The notes under the pieces are model-generated. The model saw only the letters and a program-made list of their open reading frames with translations. It had not been told where the DNA came from and did not search any database. From Octopus vulgaris (lineage: Eukaryota), in assembly GCA_951406725.2 (NCBI GenBank), contig OX597817.1, forward strand, positions 121,954,001 to 122,018,000: 64,000 nt of DNA, written 5' to 3'. Both the position numbers and the translations under genes were made by a program. Within the stretch, counting starts at the first letter, position 1. The number at the start of each line of letters is the position of its first letter. Below are positions 12,295-26,714 of this stretch, in pieces.

Positions 12295-12709
12295 GGCGCA
12301 GGAGTGACTGTGTGCTAAGTAGCTTGCTTACCAACCACATGACTCCGGCTTCAGTCCCACTGCGTGGCACCATGGGCAAGTGTCTTCTACTATAGCCTCG
12401 GGCCGACCAAAGCCTTCTAAATAGATTTAGTAGACGGAAACTGAAAGAAGCCCGTCGTATATATGTATATATTTATATGTATGTGTGTGTATATGTTTGT
12501 ATGTCTGTGTTTGTCTCCCCCGACATCGCTTAACAAACGATGCTGGTGTGTTTACGTCACCGTAACTTTGCGGTTCGGCAAAACAGACCGATAGAATAAC
12601 TTCTAGGCTTACAAAGAATAAGTCCTGGGGTCAATTTTGCTCAACTAAAGGTGGTGCTCAAGCATGGCCGCAGTCAAATGACTGAAACAAGTAAACGAGT
12701 AAAAGAGTA
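12295..12709 (+). mobile_element. SINE family B (GGCGCAGGAGTGGCTGTGTGGTAAG head; internal TA/TG microsatellite; (AAAAGAGT)n tail)
   Basis: tRNA-like A and B boxes; near-identical copies at 39.0 and 55.1 kb. Confidence 0.9.
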
Positions 12710-15339
12710 TGCATTTGTTTTAAAAATACTAAAAAATTTTAAATTGCTAATAACGACAAAGGAAATTCGAATTATAAAACACCGAAAGCATTATTTCCCA
12801 ATAAAATGACTTGTCGTTTCTTTATTTTTAGAAAGAAGTCGAGAGGTTCTAAATCTGTTTTATGCACTGATTAGTCACTAAGATCTGGATAAATTTAGTG
12901 ACGTGATACACACTAAAATACAGTAATTGTGAATGTTTCTATGTGATATAATTATGAAAGAAACAAACGGTCAAATGGAATTTCAAGAGTAACTCCACAG
13001 AACAATATCATTCAGCCGATAATTGCGCAGCTATTAAGATACATCTAAGAAACATTAATAACATTGTGAAACAGAATATATAATTTTGTGCGAAACATAC
13101 AATTTTACATTTTAAACGAAATATCTGTTGTATATATATATATGTTGAGACAAGTCACTGGTCCAGCCAATTTGTATAAAATTACAACTGTCTAAACTTT
13201 ACTAATTGGATTAGCAGTTTCGTAGTTTAGACGCTGTGAACCTATTATCACTAGCCCAACAATAGAATCTTAGTATTACTGTCGTTCTTTACTGCCTGTG
13301 AATAAACACAGTAATCATTACAGAGATAAAAACAAAAATATAGAAGCTAATGTTAAATGTGATATATCTTTTGTGATTCTGTTCCCCGCACCATTTATTT
13401 TGTTATACGTATGAAATAAGCTAATAACGCAAAGCTGTTCTATGTAATTCATCACTTGTTATTCTTATATCATAAGAACTGTTATCAGCTAATTTTGAAA
13501 TGTAACTATACGAAACTAACAGCAGATTTTGTTAAAAAATAAACACTATTTCCATTTTGAAAACGATGATTGTGTGCATTGATATAATCGTTGGAGATCT
13601 AAGTGAGAAATTCCAAGGCTTTTCTCCGCGCGAGTAATTAAATAATCTATAATATGTTAAATGATTAAAGAAATATTTTGTTTATTAATATAATTAATAT
13701 AATTAATTAATATAAAATGATTAAGGAAATTATCTGTTTATTAATATCTGCCGGAAAGTTGGTAGAGTTCATATAATCAATAATGTTTCTTTTCATAATG
13801 TAATAATTAAAAGTCCATGTATATGTACTGAGGACACAGTCGATTACATCTCCTTGTTCATATTTTATCGACCTCCGGAGTGTGGAGGGCTAACTCGAAT
13901 CCAATGATGTAGGGAGTAACTTAATGCATCACTCCACTGCATCGTTTATTGGAAAATCTTTTTAGTATAGTAACTTTGTTTTCAGTCAAAGAGTGAGCTT
14001 CTACACGGTCAGTCGAAATGCAAGATATCATAGTCAAATATCTATCTCCAGTTAAATTTTACCTCCTAAAGAATGTAGAAATTCGTTGTATAAATTTAGA
14101 GTAAAAATGCAATGCAGGGGAAGACAGGTCTATTGGGTCAGATCTTACCAGAGACTAACGAGCAATATCATAATAAAGATCTATGTCATACAGAGAAGCT
14201 CATATTCGCATAAATGATTCACTTGTGTGTTGATACATAACTGGTACTTTATCAACTGTAGAACTATAAGAGTCATAGCCGACTCTCAGAGGAATTTGAA
14301 TTCAGACCGTAAAGAAATGGAACTATATGATGATGTTGTAATTCACCACCTTTCTAAAGTCTGTGGTAATTTTATTCGTTGTGAAAATATAAAAATCTAT
14401 ATAAACTAAGTATTAGGGAATATTCTAACAAAAGAAACGAATGAGAAGCAATCTTAATCATTATGTCGGAATACAAATATAATTCGGAAGGGTATATATA
14501 TAGAGAAGAGATGTAAACCACATTTAACAAGTGTTAGGTACAACTCTCCAACATTGTCTTGATCTCAACCACAGTTACCTGTACTCAGAATTGTTCATGG
14601 TAACGTATTTATCTCATTGAAAGTGTTTACAAAGAAGAAATTTTTTTTTCTGAAATATGAACAGTAAAAATCGGATCTGTCATTATTGTTATACTGTTGT
14701 CAATTTCAAATCAAATCTGAATATGATAGGACGTATTAAGTCCGTAGAATGTATATGTGTGATTCAAAGATCTATTACACTAAATATGCTAACCTCTATG
14801 TTATGCAAAGTACAATAATAATAATAATAATAATAAGTGCTCAGGTTATTTAATATAGAGTACTAGCTAGCTACATGGATGTACAGCAACTCATCTCAGA
14901 TCAATCTTTGTTTTTTGCTAATATATGTTAATGGTCATTACACCTGAGAAGACTGTGTGGGATGCGTGTCGATTGCCGTGTCATATCTGCTGTTCTTGAA
15001 TTCTCTTTTGCATTTCATTACAAATTTTGTGACTGCGCATATGGTTAGGTTGATAACTGAAATCGTTAATTGACAGATCTGTGATGTGATTTAATCAGAT
15101 TCATAATTTCTAAAGTACAAAACCATCGGATTTTAATCCTGAATCCTGTAAATGAGTTAGTCGATGAAATCTTGGTAACTACCCAGATTTCTCAAAATAT
15201 TGAAAACAACGAAACATTTAATATTATAAAGCTTTTCTCTTCAACAAAATGTCTCACACAGCATTTCCTGGTAACATAATTTTACTTCAGCTACAAAATA
15301 TCAGTTTTGGTTTTGTATTTATAGAAGATCAGCAATATA

Positions 15340-15556
15340 CGAGGTGGTGCTGAAAAGTTCCTGGCTTTAAGAGTTTCGCGAAAGGCTTGGTTTGAGGTCC
15401 AACTTTCCGAGTTCTTTTAGAAGGCTAAGAAAAACTGAAGAACCGCTGCAATAAGTGTATCAATCTGAGACGGGAATACATTGAATATAATCATAATTGA
15501 CTGACACTCCTGTATTTTCTCTTATCCAAAGCCAGAAACTCTTCAGAACACCTTCG
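15340..15556 (+). mobile_element. Mariner-derived MITE
   Basis: TA|CGAGGTGGTGCTGAAAAGTTCCTGGCTT ... AAGCCAGAAACTCTTCAGAACACCTTCG|TA; interior retains the mariner C-terminus KLKNRCNKCINLRREYIE. Confidence 0.88.
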
Positions 15557-16649
15557 TAAATACGATTACTAGACCATATTTGTGATACGTTTTAATTAAC
15601 TCTGGAGGAGTGCAACTCAACGTCGAACAGGAATGGAATTGAACTTAAAACGTAAGAATAGGTTGATCTCAAACAAAATACATGCAAAACCAGAAATTTT
15701 AACATCGCTATTTATTTAACCAGTCTACATAAATCTAAACGACAAACATGACTTTTCTACTTCCGAATTCAGAAAGTAAAGAGCTGTATCAAGATTCTAT
15801 TAGACATTTATTCACTATTCTACAAATTTAACAATCCAGTAATTTCCTTAGTTGTCATACTGAACGCAATTTGTCCTTCACGTATGCGATATTCTTTCTA
15901 GGAACGTAAATTTTTGAACATATTTCTATTATTATACGTTTACACTAACGTAACGAACAAATATATTGACACGTCCCAAATACGTGATAGATTTATTATG
16001 TCTGCTAAATTATTTCATATAGAATTACTTTGATAATGATTATCTGTAAAAAAGATTCTAAATGATTCCATGCGAGTTTCTCGTATACAATCGTCTTCTC
16101 AAGACCCCCAGTCTAAATTCTTTGTCTACATCGTGAATATTGTGTTGGTAGCACTACACCAGAAAAACGAAATAGTCAATATTTTAGTCTTATTAGATCG
16201 CGTATGCACCAAAAACTTTATCAGCTCACCTTATTACCGTCTCATATATAAAGCGATTCCTTAAAAAACAGTTTATCTGCCAGCATTTCATGACCTACGA
16301 TGTATGTTCTCATATATACAATTGGATTTGAAAGAAACATTTGAATGAACTCCATCTTCGCGTATCAACAAACACAGCTATATTTTATACGAAACAAAAT
16401 AGATATACATGTGAAAAATCATTGTTTTCTTTAAGACGTGACGGATTAATATTATATACAGAGAGAATACTGAAAGGAGAAACATAGTTTCATCTTTTGC
16501 TTCCAGTTTTTTTTTTTTATCTATTATATTTATTGAAGCAAAAGCTCACCGCCGTGACATACAGTAGAGGCGCGTGTACTTCACTATACGTACATACATA
16601 CATACATGTATACACACACACATATGTATAGTCAATTCAAATAGACGAA

Positions 16650-16810
16650 TAATATAATTAACAATGAGAGACAAAAAGACGACGTGCGCAAGGAATGTAT
16701 TAGTTTGGCACTCAGTAAAAGGAGAGAGTTCGAACATAGCGCTTCGTCGGAAAAAAGGAAAAGTCAAAGGAAAACAAAATCGCCAACAAATCGTGTGTCG
16801 TTACGTTGCT
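16650..16810 (-). mobile_element. Degenerate member of the hammerhead-like ~210-bp family
   Basis: gcttcgtcggaaa and aaaatcgccaac are shared with the 30840 and 55954 copies. Confidence 0.6.
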
Positions 16811-16863
16811 GTAACTATACACACATAAATAAATAAATAAATACATAAATTAATAAATATACG

Positions 16864-17013
16864 TGTGTGGTAAGTAGCTTGCTTACGAACCACATGGTTC
16901 TGGGTTCAGTCCCACTGCGTGGCAACTTGGGCAAGTAAGTGTCTTCTACTATAGCCTCGGGCTGACCAAAGCCTTGTGAGTAGATTTGGTTGACGGAGAT
17001 TGAAAGAAGCCTG

Positions 17014-17079
<66 letters not shown>

Positions 17080-17249
17080 ATGTCTGTGTTTATCCCCCCA
17101 AAATCGCTTGACAACCGATGCTGTTTACGTCTCCGTAACAAGGCTTACAACGAATAAAATCCTGGGGTCAGTTTGCTTGACTAAAGGCAGTGCTCCAACA
17201 TGGCCACAGTCAAATGACTGAAACAAGTGAAAGAGAAAAGAATAAAAGA

Positions 17250-17251
<2 letters not shown>
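16864..17251 (+). mobile_element. SINE family B
   Basis: Colinear with the 12295 copy apart from an internal deletion; expanded internal (TA)n. Confidence 0.88.
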
Positions 17252-17334
<83 letters not shown>

Positions 17335-17680
17335 GGCTTGCTTTCCTACCACATAGTTCATAGTTCCTGATTCACTCCACTGCGTTGAAACTTTAGACAA
17401 GTGTCTTCTACTATATCCTCAGATCGAACAAATCTTTATGAGTGGATTTGCGAGACGAAAACTCAAAGAAGTCTGTCGTACATATGTAGATGTGTGTGTT
17501 TGTGTGTGTGTGTGTGTGTGTGATCCAATATTTGTTCCTCCACCACCGCTTGATATCCGATGCTGCTGTGATTATATCCCGTAATTTAGCGGTTCGGCCT
17601 AAGCGTCCGATAGAGTAAGTACCAGGATTAAAAACAAAATAGTTCTGGGGTCGATACATTCGACTAAAATTTCAAAGCGA
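17335..17680 (+). mobile_element. SINE family B, older or variant subfamily
   Basis: Diverged but colinear with family B. Confidence 0.75.
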
Positions 17681-18164
17681 TGAGTGTGTTTGTGTGTATA
17701 TATGTGTGTATGTGTGTGTGTACGTGAGCGTTACGATGTATATAACTATACAACTACTTCTATATGTATTGCTGCGTATTTATTTGTAACATTTGATAAA
17801 TTAACAATCATTATCACGAAATGCAGTTGGACATAAAAATATAACTAAAAGTTATATTTCTAAGTTCCCTTTGTTCATGTTTGCATGCGATTTTAAATAT
17901 TTGAATGACAAAATGTGGAAATAAATTAACTCTCTGCGAATATTATTTGAAATCTTTCTCAGACCACAGCCGAAACTCTATTTTTGTTTCTTATTTTCCT
18001 TTTTTTTTAAAGATATACTGAATAAAAATCACTAGATACACTGTGTGAACGAAAATTGAGATGGTTATAAATTAAACCCATTTGGCTTATAAATCTGCTT
18101 AACAGCAATTGTTTAAGCAACAACACTAGCGGCAGTATCCTTTCCAGGGGAGGCCAATGTCTCA

Positions 18165-18340
18165 CATTTTGAAGGTGGGGTTAGTTGTTACCATCGAACC
18201 TTGAGCGTGATTGGTTCTTTTTTTATCGACTCATTAAGGCAAATCTCACTTCGGCGAATTCAAACTTACAACGTAAAGAGGCGAAATACGGCTAAGCATT
18301 TTGTTCAGCGTGCAAATGATTCATCCATCTTGCCATCTTG
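18165..18340 (-). mobile_element. SINE family A, degenerate
   Basis: Reverse complement of the family A head and body (gctaagcattttg, aattcaaacttacaacgtaaag). Confidence 0.65.
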
Positions 18341-21300
18341 TGAGTGAATATAATACCATTGTATTATATTGTCAAAAGATTGTGGTTTGCAGTCAATTGA
18401 ATAAATAAATTATACAGTATAAATACTAATCTCACAAAGACACAATGTAAAGCTATCCCCAATGAGATTTGAATGAAGAATGAGAAGTAGCATGACTAAA
18501 TACTGTTAAACATTTACTCTACGCCACTACCCTGAAACATAATATCGATTTCTAACACGGGCGCAGAATTTCTTATTTAGGGTGTGAGGGAGTTGGGTAT
18601 ATTTCATCACAATTGACTCCAGCTCTTTGCTGTTACTTTATTTTATCGATCCCAGAGAGTGAATGACTGCTGCAAATAAGTTTTGATCGACTAACATTTT
18701 TTTCATTAAATTCTCTGAAATATTACGATATTGACGTTAAATCTTCCTACCGTTTTCGAAGCACAACAGGATATTTTTCTGAACGCAAATGTTTAATAGA
18801 TTTTAAAGAAAAAAATAGAAATATAATTTTGAAATTTAAATATATTTTTCAGGATGGTTTTCTTAAACAGCTTATTTAAAGACTACTACCATAAACTTGA
18901 AATTAGGATAAATGTATTGATCTACGAAGTGAGACACATACGAAAATATCTACGTCAGATCATAATCTGCTTCTGTTATATAATAACATCAATACATATG
19001 TTATGGTTGTTAACGAATAATTAACATTATTTCATTCTCATTGTAGGATGCTTGCTTTAGGACCATAATTATTTTACTGTATGTGTATTTTTTAGATCCT
19101 ATGCTGAAAACAATATATCAATTTTAAAATGCATTTTGAATTTCATAAATGCAAAATATAAAACTAAATACGCATTTTCTGAAACCTCAGCAAATGAATT
19201 TCTCAAAAGGATGTTGTTCTATGTTTTACTATCCATTCTCCGATAGAATAAGGTAGATTGACAAAGCATTTAATTGATAGAAAACAAGAGTAATGAGACA
19301 AGTATTTTATAGCAACTGTTGATATAATTTGATCTTGTTGCAGAATATGTTTCTTAATTTACATGCTTATCACGAATGTATAACTAATGTTTTGTCACTA
19401 ATTCGAGTATCTCAAGAAAATTGGTGTTTCTTTATCAAAATATATCAATTTCCATTGTAAGATAAATTTAAATGAATGACTAATACCGAAGAGACATAAT
19501 CTTTTTAAAAATTACACAAGAAAAATACTTAATTTTTACAGCTATTGTATATAGTATGAAACAACATTACTTGATATTCTCCATATTTCATGATTTACAA
19601 AAGCAAATAATACTGGCATAGATATAACATTTCAGCGGATATCCATTTTTTCCTCTATATCAATACTCCAGCATTCTAAGATAGAAAAACTGTTATTTTC
19701 TTTTCTCCTTTCTTCACCTCTCCTCACTTAATGTATTTTATGATACCATTAAAGAACTCTCGGCCGTTGTATTTGGCAGTCAGCAATAAAATTAATCGAT
19801 ATTCTGTCGGGAAACCGGAATTAACGTGAGAAGTTCAATATCCGATTCCATTTGTAAACCAATTCACAGAAACATGGACTACTAGCATTACACCACTGGA
19901 GTCTGCATGAAAATAAAATTATCGGATATTATTTCCTTATTGAAATAATCTTCTCCTAATTACAAGTGCTTTTCCATTTTTCTGTCTATTATTTCGCTTA
20001 CGTCCTAGAACATTTACGCTGGTGATAAGCGTTAAATTTCGAAACTAAATGGAATTTTAAAGTTCTATTTCCCACTTACTTGAAAGTCAAGCGCTTTCTG
20101 ATCAGCTTCAATGATAAAGCAGCATGAACTATAGTGAATCTTTGAAGATAACAAAAGAGTTAAACCAATGAGTGAATAGGAAGCTGAGATAATCGAAAAC
20201 GTCGATTGTACGTTATTCATTCAAAGATAAAAGTATTACACGTTATGCAGTTATGTCAAGAATTTCTGTAGCATGGGCTGCTATGTGTAACGACATCTTT
20301 ATATTGTTTGCTTAAAGACATGATTAGAGGTAATCAATTTAGCCTTGCTTAAAAGTATAATCTTACATAAATAAAATGATTTCTATTGACTTAACAGAAA
20401 TGCCAAATAAATTGGATAATGATATTCTGACTCAGTATGTGCACGCACTTCAAGTGTAACATACAGGAGCATAACATATCAGGTAGATTGCTTATTATAT
20501 GTTTTAATAACTGTATGAAAACGAGATTATAAATTAAGCTATCTATTTTGTCGAAATAGAATCAAAGTCACGTCACAAACATTCTGTTATGCCAGAACTA
20601 ACAATAATCCATACAAATTTAATTATTCAAACATGTGAAAAGTTTCTAATCAGTGAAATCAATTGAGGAGAAAATGTTAAAATCAACTTCTTCCGGAGCA
20701 ACTTCAGCTACTGTATTTCTAAATGTTTTTGAAGGCGACAGTAATAACATTAGTATATAGGAGTTTGTACTCCTGTTTAAAATGTTGTCGTAGTTCAATC
20801 AAACCAGACCAATTACAACGCTGATCAAGAAATTAAATTCATATAATGAACATCTGATTTTTATTCAAGTGAGTGTACTCCAGAAAGAATTATACAATAT
20901 CGAACTTTACTTAAAATAGTGTAATGGTGGAGATGTGACTGCTGTTTCTACCAGATCGAATGGTCAACTAGGGTCTTCCACTTTCATTCTTTTTACTTAA
21001 ACGCTAGAATTCCGATCTCGCAACAAATTCTGTTCACAACTTAAGATTGTACCCCACTAGGCCAGAATATATGCATGGACGTCAGATCAATCCATTTCTA
21101 CTTCGATAAAATATAAGACTTTGTGGGCAGTGGTAATAAATCAGTATTTCTGTATGCGGCTTCTTAGTTGTGTCTCCACTAAAGAAATGATTTGAAACAT
21201 TTCAGCCATTTATTAATTATAATTATTTGTAATATTGACTTTATAATTGTGAACAACTGTTAAATATTTCTGTACGGGTCTAAATACTTATAGCTCTGAA

Positions 21301-21974
21301 TATACAAGTATAACAGAAAACCTGAATATTTAATTTCACTTTCTAGTAATTATTCCAATATGTCATTTGCTCAACAAAATCCATGAACACTTTTAAAAAT
21401 TATTTCTAACAATAAAACTTCAATATAAAAATACACATAATATATATTAATATGCCAAAAAATAATACTTTTATACTCAATATAGTAGTAGATGAGCCCG
21501 TGAAAATTGTGAGACATAACAATTACTCTTGAATCCCTCTTAACGTTTGAAATCTTTCATTCATATTGTCTCACTTATGCTCGTTTCGTTCTCTCGGCTG
21601 AAATACTCATTGCATTTATATTTTCTGTTCTTCTTTGCCGCTAATCTACAGATTTGTTCAGTGATTCATCCCTCTTGTTGTCTTATTGGCTAAAGTCTTC
21701 TACCACTGTTAATATTTTATAAAATCAAAAATATAAGAGGTTCTTAGTCTAGCAAACGACAATCTGCTTTAATTGAACATGAAAAGCAAATATTTTCTCT
21801 TTCCGTCGCCTTCGGGACAAAACTATAACCGCTGCACCCACTAAACGACATCCCTACCTATAACTCCAGCACTTCAACAGCTACCTTAGTCCAGATTATA
21901 CATTACATATATATACGTGGAATTATATTATCTTTATAGTATTATATATATATATATATATATATAATAATTTG

Positions 21975-22350
21975 TTACGTTTACTCAATAGTCAAGATAA
22001 AACTCTGAGTTTCAGATGCCGAAGTGGAAATCCACAACACCATCTCTTCGGTTCTCTGGCCATCTGAAAAACGCTATGAAAAAATACCGTTATATAAAGG
22101 GAAATTACTGTGTTATAATTCTGCTCGCGAATCCACGTGCGTACTTATACGTCACTATGAAAACGTACACATCTTCACTCGCATTTTTCACCAAATATAT
22201 ACGCATATATATACAAACTCATACACACACACACATGCGTACCGTAAAAGTTCATACATACGTCTATATACGCTATATACGCACAAGCACAAGAACTTTT
22301 ACGGTACGCATGTGTGTGTGTATGAGTTTGTATATATATGCGTATATATA
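21975..22350. repeat. (TA)n-flanked element containing a ~57-bp near-perfect inverted repeat
   Basis: 22195-22253 vs 22293-22350 differ by one AC unit; second hairpin at 22010-22072. Confidence 0.7.
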
Positions 22351-23139
22351 TCATTAACGTGAATCATTAACAATTTAGATTTGTTAGAACGTGACCTCCA
22401 TCCCACTGGTATATTAGCAAATGTCATTACCGATAGCCTCAGGCTGATTAATACTCTGTAAATGACATTAGCAAGAGGAGAACGGTACAGAATCCCAACG
22501 GCTGGATTGTAATTGTAATACAAAATGTAGTACATTCTCAAACGGTATGTCATACTGATCCTGCCTGAGAATTACGTTAAAAGTACACTTTCTTGAAGGA
22601 TGCTCAGTGATTTGTAACTTAATCCAGGAAGTGTTAATCCATTTGAGCAATCAATTGAAACTATCGTGGTCAAGGTGTGGATTAACTATTTTTGTTAAAG
22701 TTGTGGTCATTTATTTTCGTCTGACCAAGCAAACCTTCAACAGTTTCATTAAAGCGGTAAGGTGGCAAATATAGGTACTTAAAACAGAAGTACGCTACAC
22801 TAGTCGTTCGTCTCTAAATGTTTAATACAAAGTACTAGATCCTAATATGTCCTACGCCCGAGTTGCTTCCGCTGTGAGAAAACATATCTGGCAGAATATT
22901 GAACTGAACCTACAACTTCTCTTGAAATAATGAACTTGCACTTAAATTTTTTAAGTCGCCATTTTATTTGTTCAATCGATAGTCAATCAATTCGAACGAA
23001 ATAAATAGAAACTGTTTTATGAATAAATAATTTTCGTTTCAGTGGGGGGCATAATCGATCGAGACGAACTCAATAAACTAGTCGTATTATTTCATGGATA
23101 ATCTAATAGTTGAACACAAAATAGAAATTCGTTAATTTT

Positions 23140-23300
23140 CTTACTGATTCCAGTCATTGGACTGCAGCCAGGACAGGGCTTTGAGGGCTTTTAGATAAAA
23201 AATATTAAGACAATATTTATTATAGCCTGAGGTATATTTTATAGTCTGGCGAAATTTTCCTTTTGAAACAGCATCTACTTTTTGACTTGTGGTTTGGTGA
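23140..23300 (-). mobile_element. SINE family B 3' half, degenerate
   Basis: ttccagtcattggactgcagcca is the reverse complement of the family B tail. Confidence 0.55.
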
Positions 23301-23370
23301 GTGACATGAAAACACAACCCCAAAATACATTACGCTATGCATGTAGATATAAGCAAATATGTATGCATAA

Positions 23371-23425
<55 letters not shown>

Positions 23426-23799
23426 CATGTATGCATATATATATGTATGTGTGTATATAATATACATGTACATGTATTCATATATGTATCTATGTATGTA
23501 TATATATATGTATATATGATATATTTGAATATATTTATGTAAGTATATGTATGTACAAAGATGCACGAGTGTCTTTGTTATGTTTAGATTGCACGTAGAT
23601 TACTATATTCCAGTGTGGTGGTTAAGTGTTAGTAGCTATGAAATACAGACGAAATATTAGAATAATTCAGATAAACATAAGCATACGGTTCACCATTAAG
23701 GTGGCTTGGAATCCTACACTGTGTGTCACATGTGCATATGGATGCTTAGCAAAATCAGATTTTCAGAGGACACTGTTGCATTAAGGTAGAGAGATCTAT

Positions 23800-23890
<91 letters not shown>

Positions 23891-23896
<6 letters not shown>

Positions 23897-24045
23897 CAAA
23901 ATGGGACAAGAATGCAAAACTTTCAGAAGACAATACACAAAACACGGACGGGTCAATCGAAGCCTTCAATCTTCAGTCAAGAACCGGATCATCCACGCAA
24001 TTTCGGTTGATTAATCTTGAGATTGCTCCAATCTCGACAGCCCCA
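23891..24045. mobile_element. Small microsatellite-embedded element, unclassified (Penelope-like terminus suspected)
   Basis: Discrete ~150-bp GC-richer block between (TG)n and (TA)n; minus strand carries CCGAAATTGC and CTGAAGA motifs. Single copy in the window. Confidence 0.35.
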
Positions 24046-24264
24046 TATATATATGCATAGACACACACACAAACGCCTCGCATTCACACGCACACATATA
24101 TTTAATGGCATGCTCCTACTAAGTTTCCTTCCCAAAGAAAAGGTGAAACTGAAAATCTGGCTGAAGATACTAGGTTAACAGAATTCAAAACTATATTGTT
24201 GGGAGCAAAGTCACCCCTGAGTCAGAAATAGTCTAAGCGCTATAAATCATTGAACAATCGTTTC

Positions 24265-24450
24265 TGCTACAGCTACAAGGTCAGAAATTTTGGGGAACGG
24301 TGACGAATCGATTACATTGACTTGCGTACTTATCCGAAAAGATGAAATACAAAGTCGACCTGGGGTAATTTGAACTCAGAACGCAAAGATAGGCAAAATG
24401 CCGCCAAGCATTTTGCCCGGTATACTAACAATTCTGCGAGCTCACCGCCT
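24265..24450 (-). mobile_element. SINE family A
   Basis: Ends gagctcaccgcc, the reverse complement of the head. Confidence 0.8.
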
Positions 24451-25100
24451 TTTATAAACTACTGAATAGCGACACGATTTATTCCACTACCTTCACAGTT
24501 ATTTTTTTACAAATAACATTCAGTAAATCAGAATCTGTTTTGGGAAAGCTGGATTTGAATAATCGCTAAATGAATAACCATAAAAGCATTTCGTTATTTA
24601 CGTAGTGTATTCATATCCTACCGAAAGCAACAGAATTGTTTATTCTTCCGGGTTTGCAAATGAATACTGAAGTACAAGGGGAGATTTAATTGACAATACA
24701 CACTCTGCAAATTTGCCAGTGTTCCCTATAAAACGATATAACTGAGCTTCCAGAATGTCAAATATACTTTTTACGGAGAAGATACGTTCTAAAATTATTT
24801 CCGTCATATTAAATCTCAGTTTTTGGAATCAATTTAAATATATCAACCATTAAAACGATGCCAGATATATGTAACGTAAGAGATATGTTACCAAAAATTA
24901 AAGAGATAAGTATAGTCATTTGTTTCAAAATATAATTTACAATTTATCTGCAAAAGGAATTCCATAACGCTTTGATATAGGTACATACATACACGCACAT
25001 ATATGTATGTATATATGCATGTATATACACATATATTCATTCATATATATATATTTATGTACACACACAAGCACATATATATATACACATATATGCATAT

Positions 25101-25146
<46 letters not shown>

Positions 25147-25210
25147 GTATATGTATATGTACATATATACATATATGTATGTATATATATAAATACATGT
25201 ATATATATAA

Positions 25211-25249
<39 letters not shown>

Positions 25250-26527
25250 TATGCATGTGCATATATCTCAATGTGTACATGTGTGTGATATATATATACG
25301 CCATTTGATACTGAAATACACAAAACCTGACCCATTGCTCTTTACACAAACACACACACACACATAAATATATATATAGTAAATGTCAACTATGTGTTTT
25401 GATAAATTATCTCATGATGCCTGTGTTAATAGTCTTATCTCTAGCCATTACAAGTGCTTAAATTTAAGCATGAAACATCCATTTTCAAGATAAAGGTTAT
25501 ATGTCTGGCATCCTCAGAGTTATCGTTTAAAAATAATTTTTGCTGGCGTTACGTTACGCATACTATTATGAGAAGTTTTATTCTAAAATTGGTTTAGTAC
25601 ACTAGAATATTGATTTCAAGGCCACAGATTTGGGGTGAATGTTATAGACGATTATAGCAATATAAGTATATCAATGTTCTGGTGTCGATATTGATCTCAA
25701 GAAGGAAAGCATTTCGTCTCGCCGGAATTTAAAATGAAAATATAAAATGTATTTAAATAGTTTTAAGTACCACTGTTCACTAATTTTTCACTAATTTTTA
25801 GCATATAAATTCCTTCTTTTTTGTTGTTGGTAAACAGGGACAAAAATGCTAAAATTATGGTTTTGGAGTTATAAGAACTGATATGTTGCTAGAATGCGGT
25901 GAAGAGAATTAGGTTAATTGCTAGCATGGGAAAATGTGAAGATCCATTCTCCAGCTAAATCCCCTTTATATGCCAAAACAAACATTGAAACAACAATGTC
26001 GTAGTACCAATGGAATTACAAAAATAAAAAAAAATAAATAAAATACAAAGAAAAAAACAAATTGATTAAAAATGGTCTTTGTTTCCCCGGTCTTCTTACT
26101 GACAGCCCTGCTGCGGCCCACACTACATTCCATCATTCTATTAGCAATTGAGTAAGTTTTACCAACATACAGCTGTTGCTTCGATTCATTACATCCTTTA
26201 TTCAACCGAGAGAAAATGTCGTCTGTTTTTCCACCATAATCAATATATTGGTCATGAAATTAACATAGCAAGTTAAGTGTCTTGGACTTGACACTTGTCA
26301 AACGCACTTAAGATGTATAGTTTTGACATAATTTTCCTATCCATATAGGACGGTGTATCAAGAAATGGAAATATGTAATTTACGCAACGCTAATACTAAA
26401 TCCACTAGTTAAAAGGCTGATGAGATTAGTCGCATAAAGTTAGTGAAACTGCTTCAACAAAGAATTGAAACTATATTGCGAAATCAATTTCCCGATACCC
26501 TTTAACTTCCTTCTCAAAAACATTTAA

Positions 26528-26558
<31 letters not shown>

Positions 26559-26670
26559 TACGTATGTATGTATGTATGTATGTATGTATGTATGTATGTA
26601 TGTATGTATGTATAGATACATATATATACAATATATATATACATATAAATGGTGGGGGGCGAGTACACAT

Positions 26671-26714
<44 letters not shown>

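Noticed and set aside
12295-12370. tRNA-like sequence with A and B boxes
   Set aside because: It is the head of a multi-copy SINE with no complete cloverleaf; no real tRNA or rRNA gene was seen in the window.
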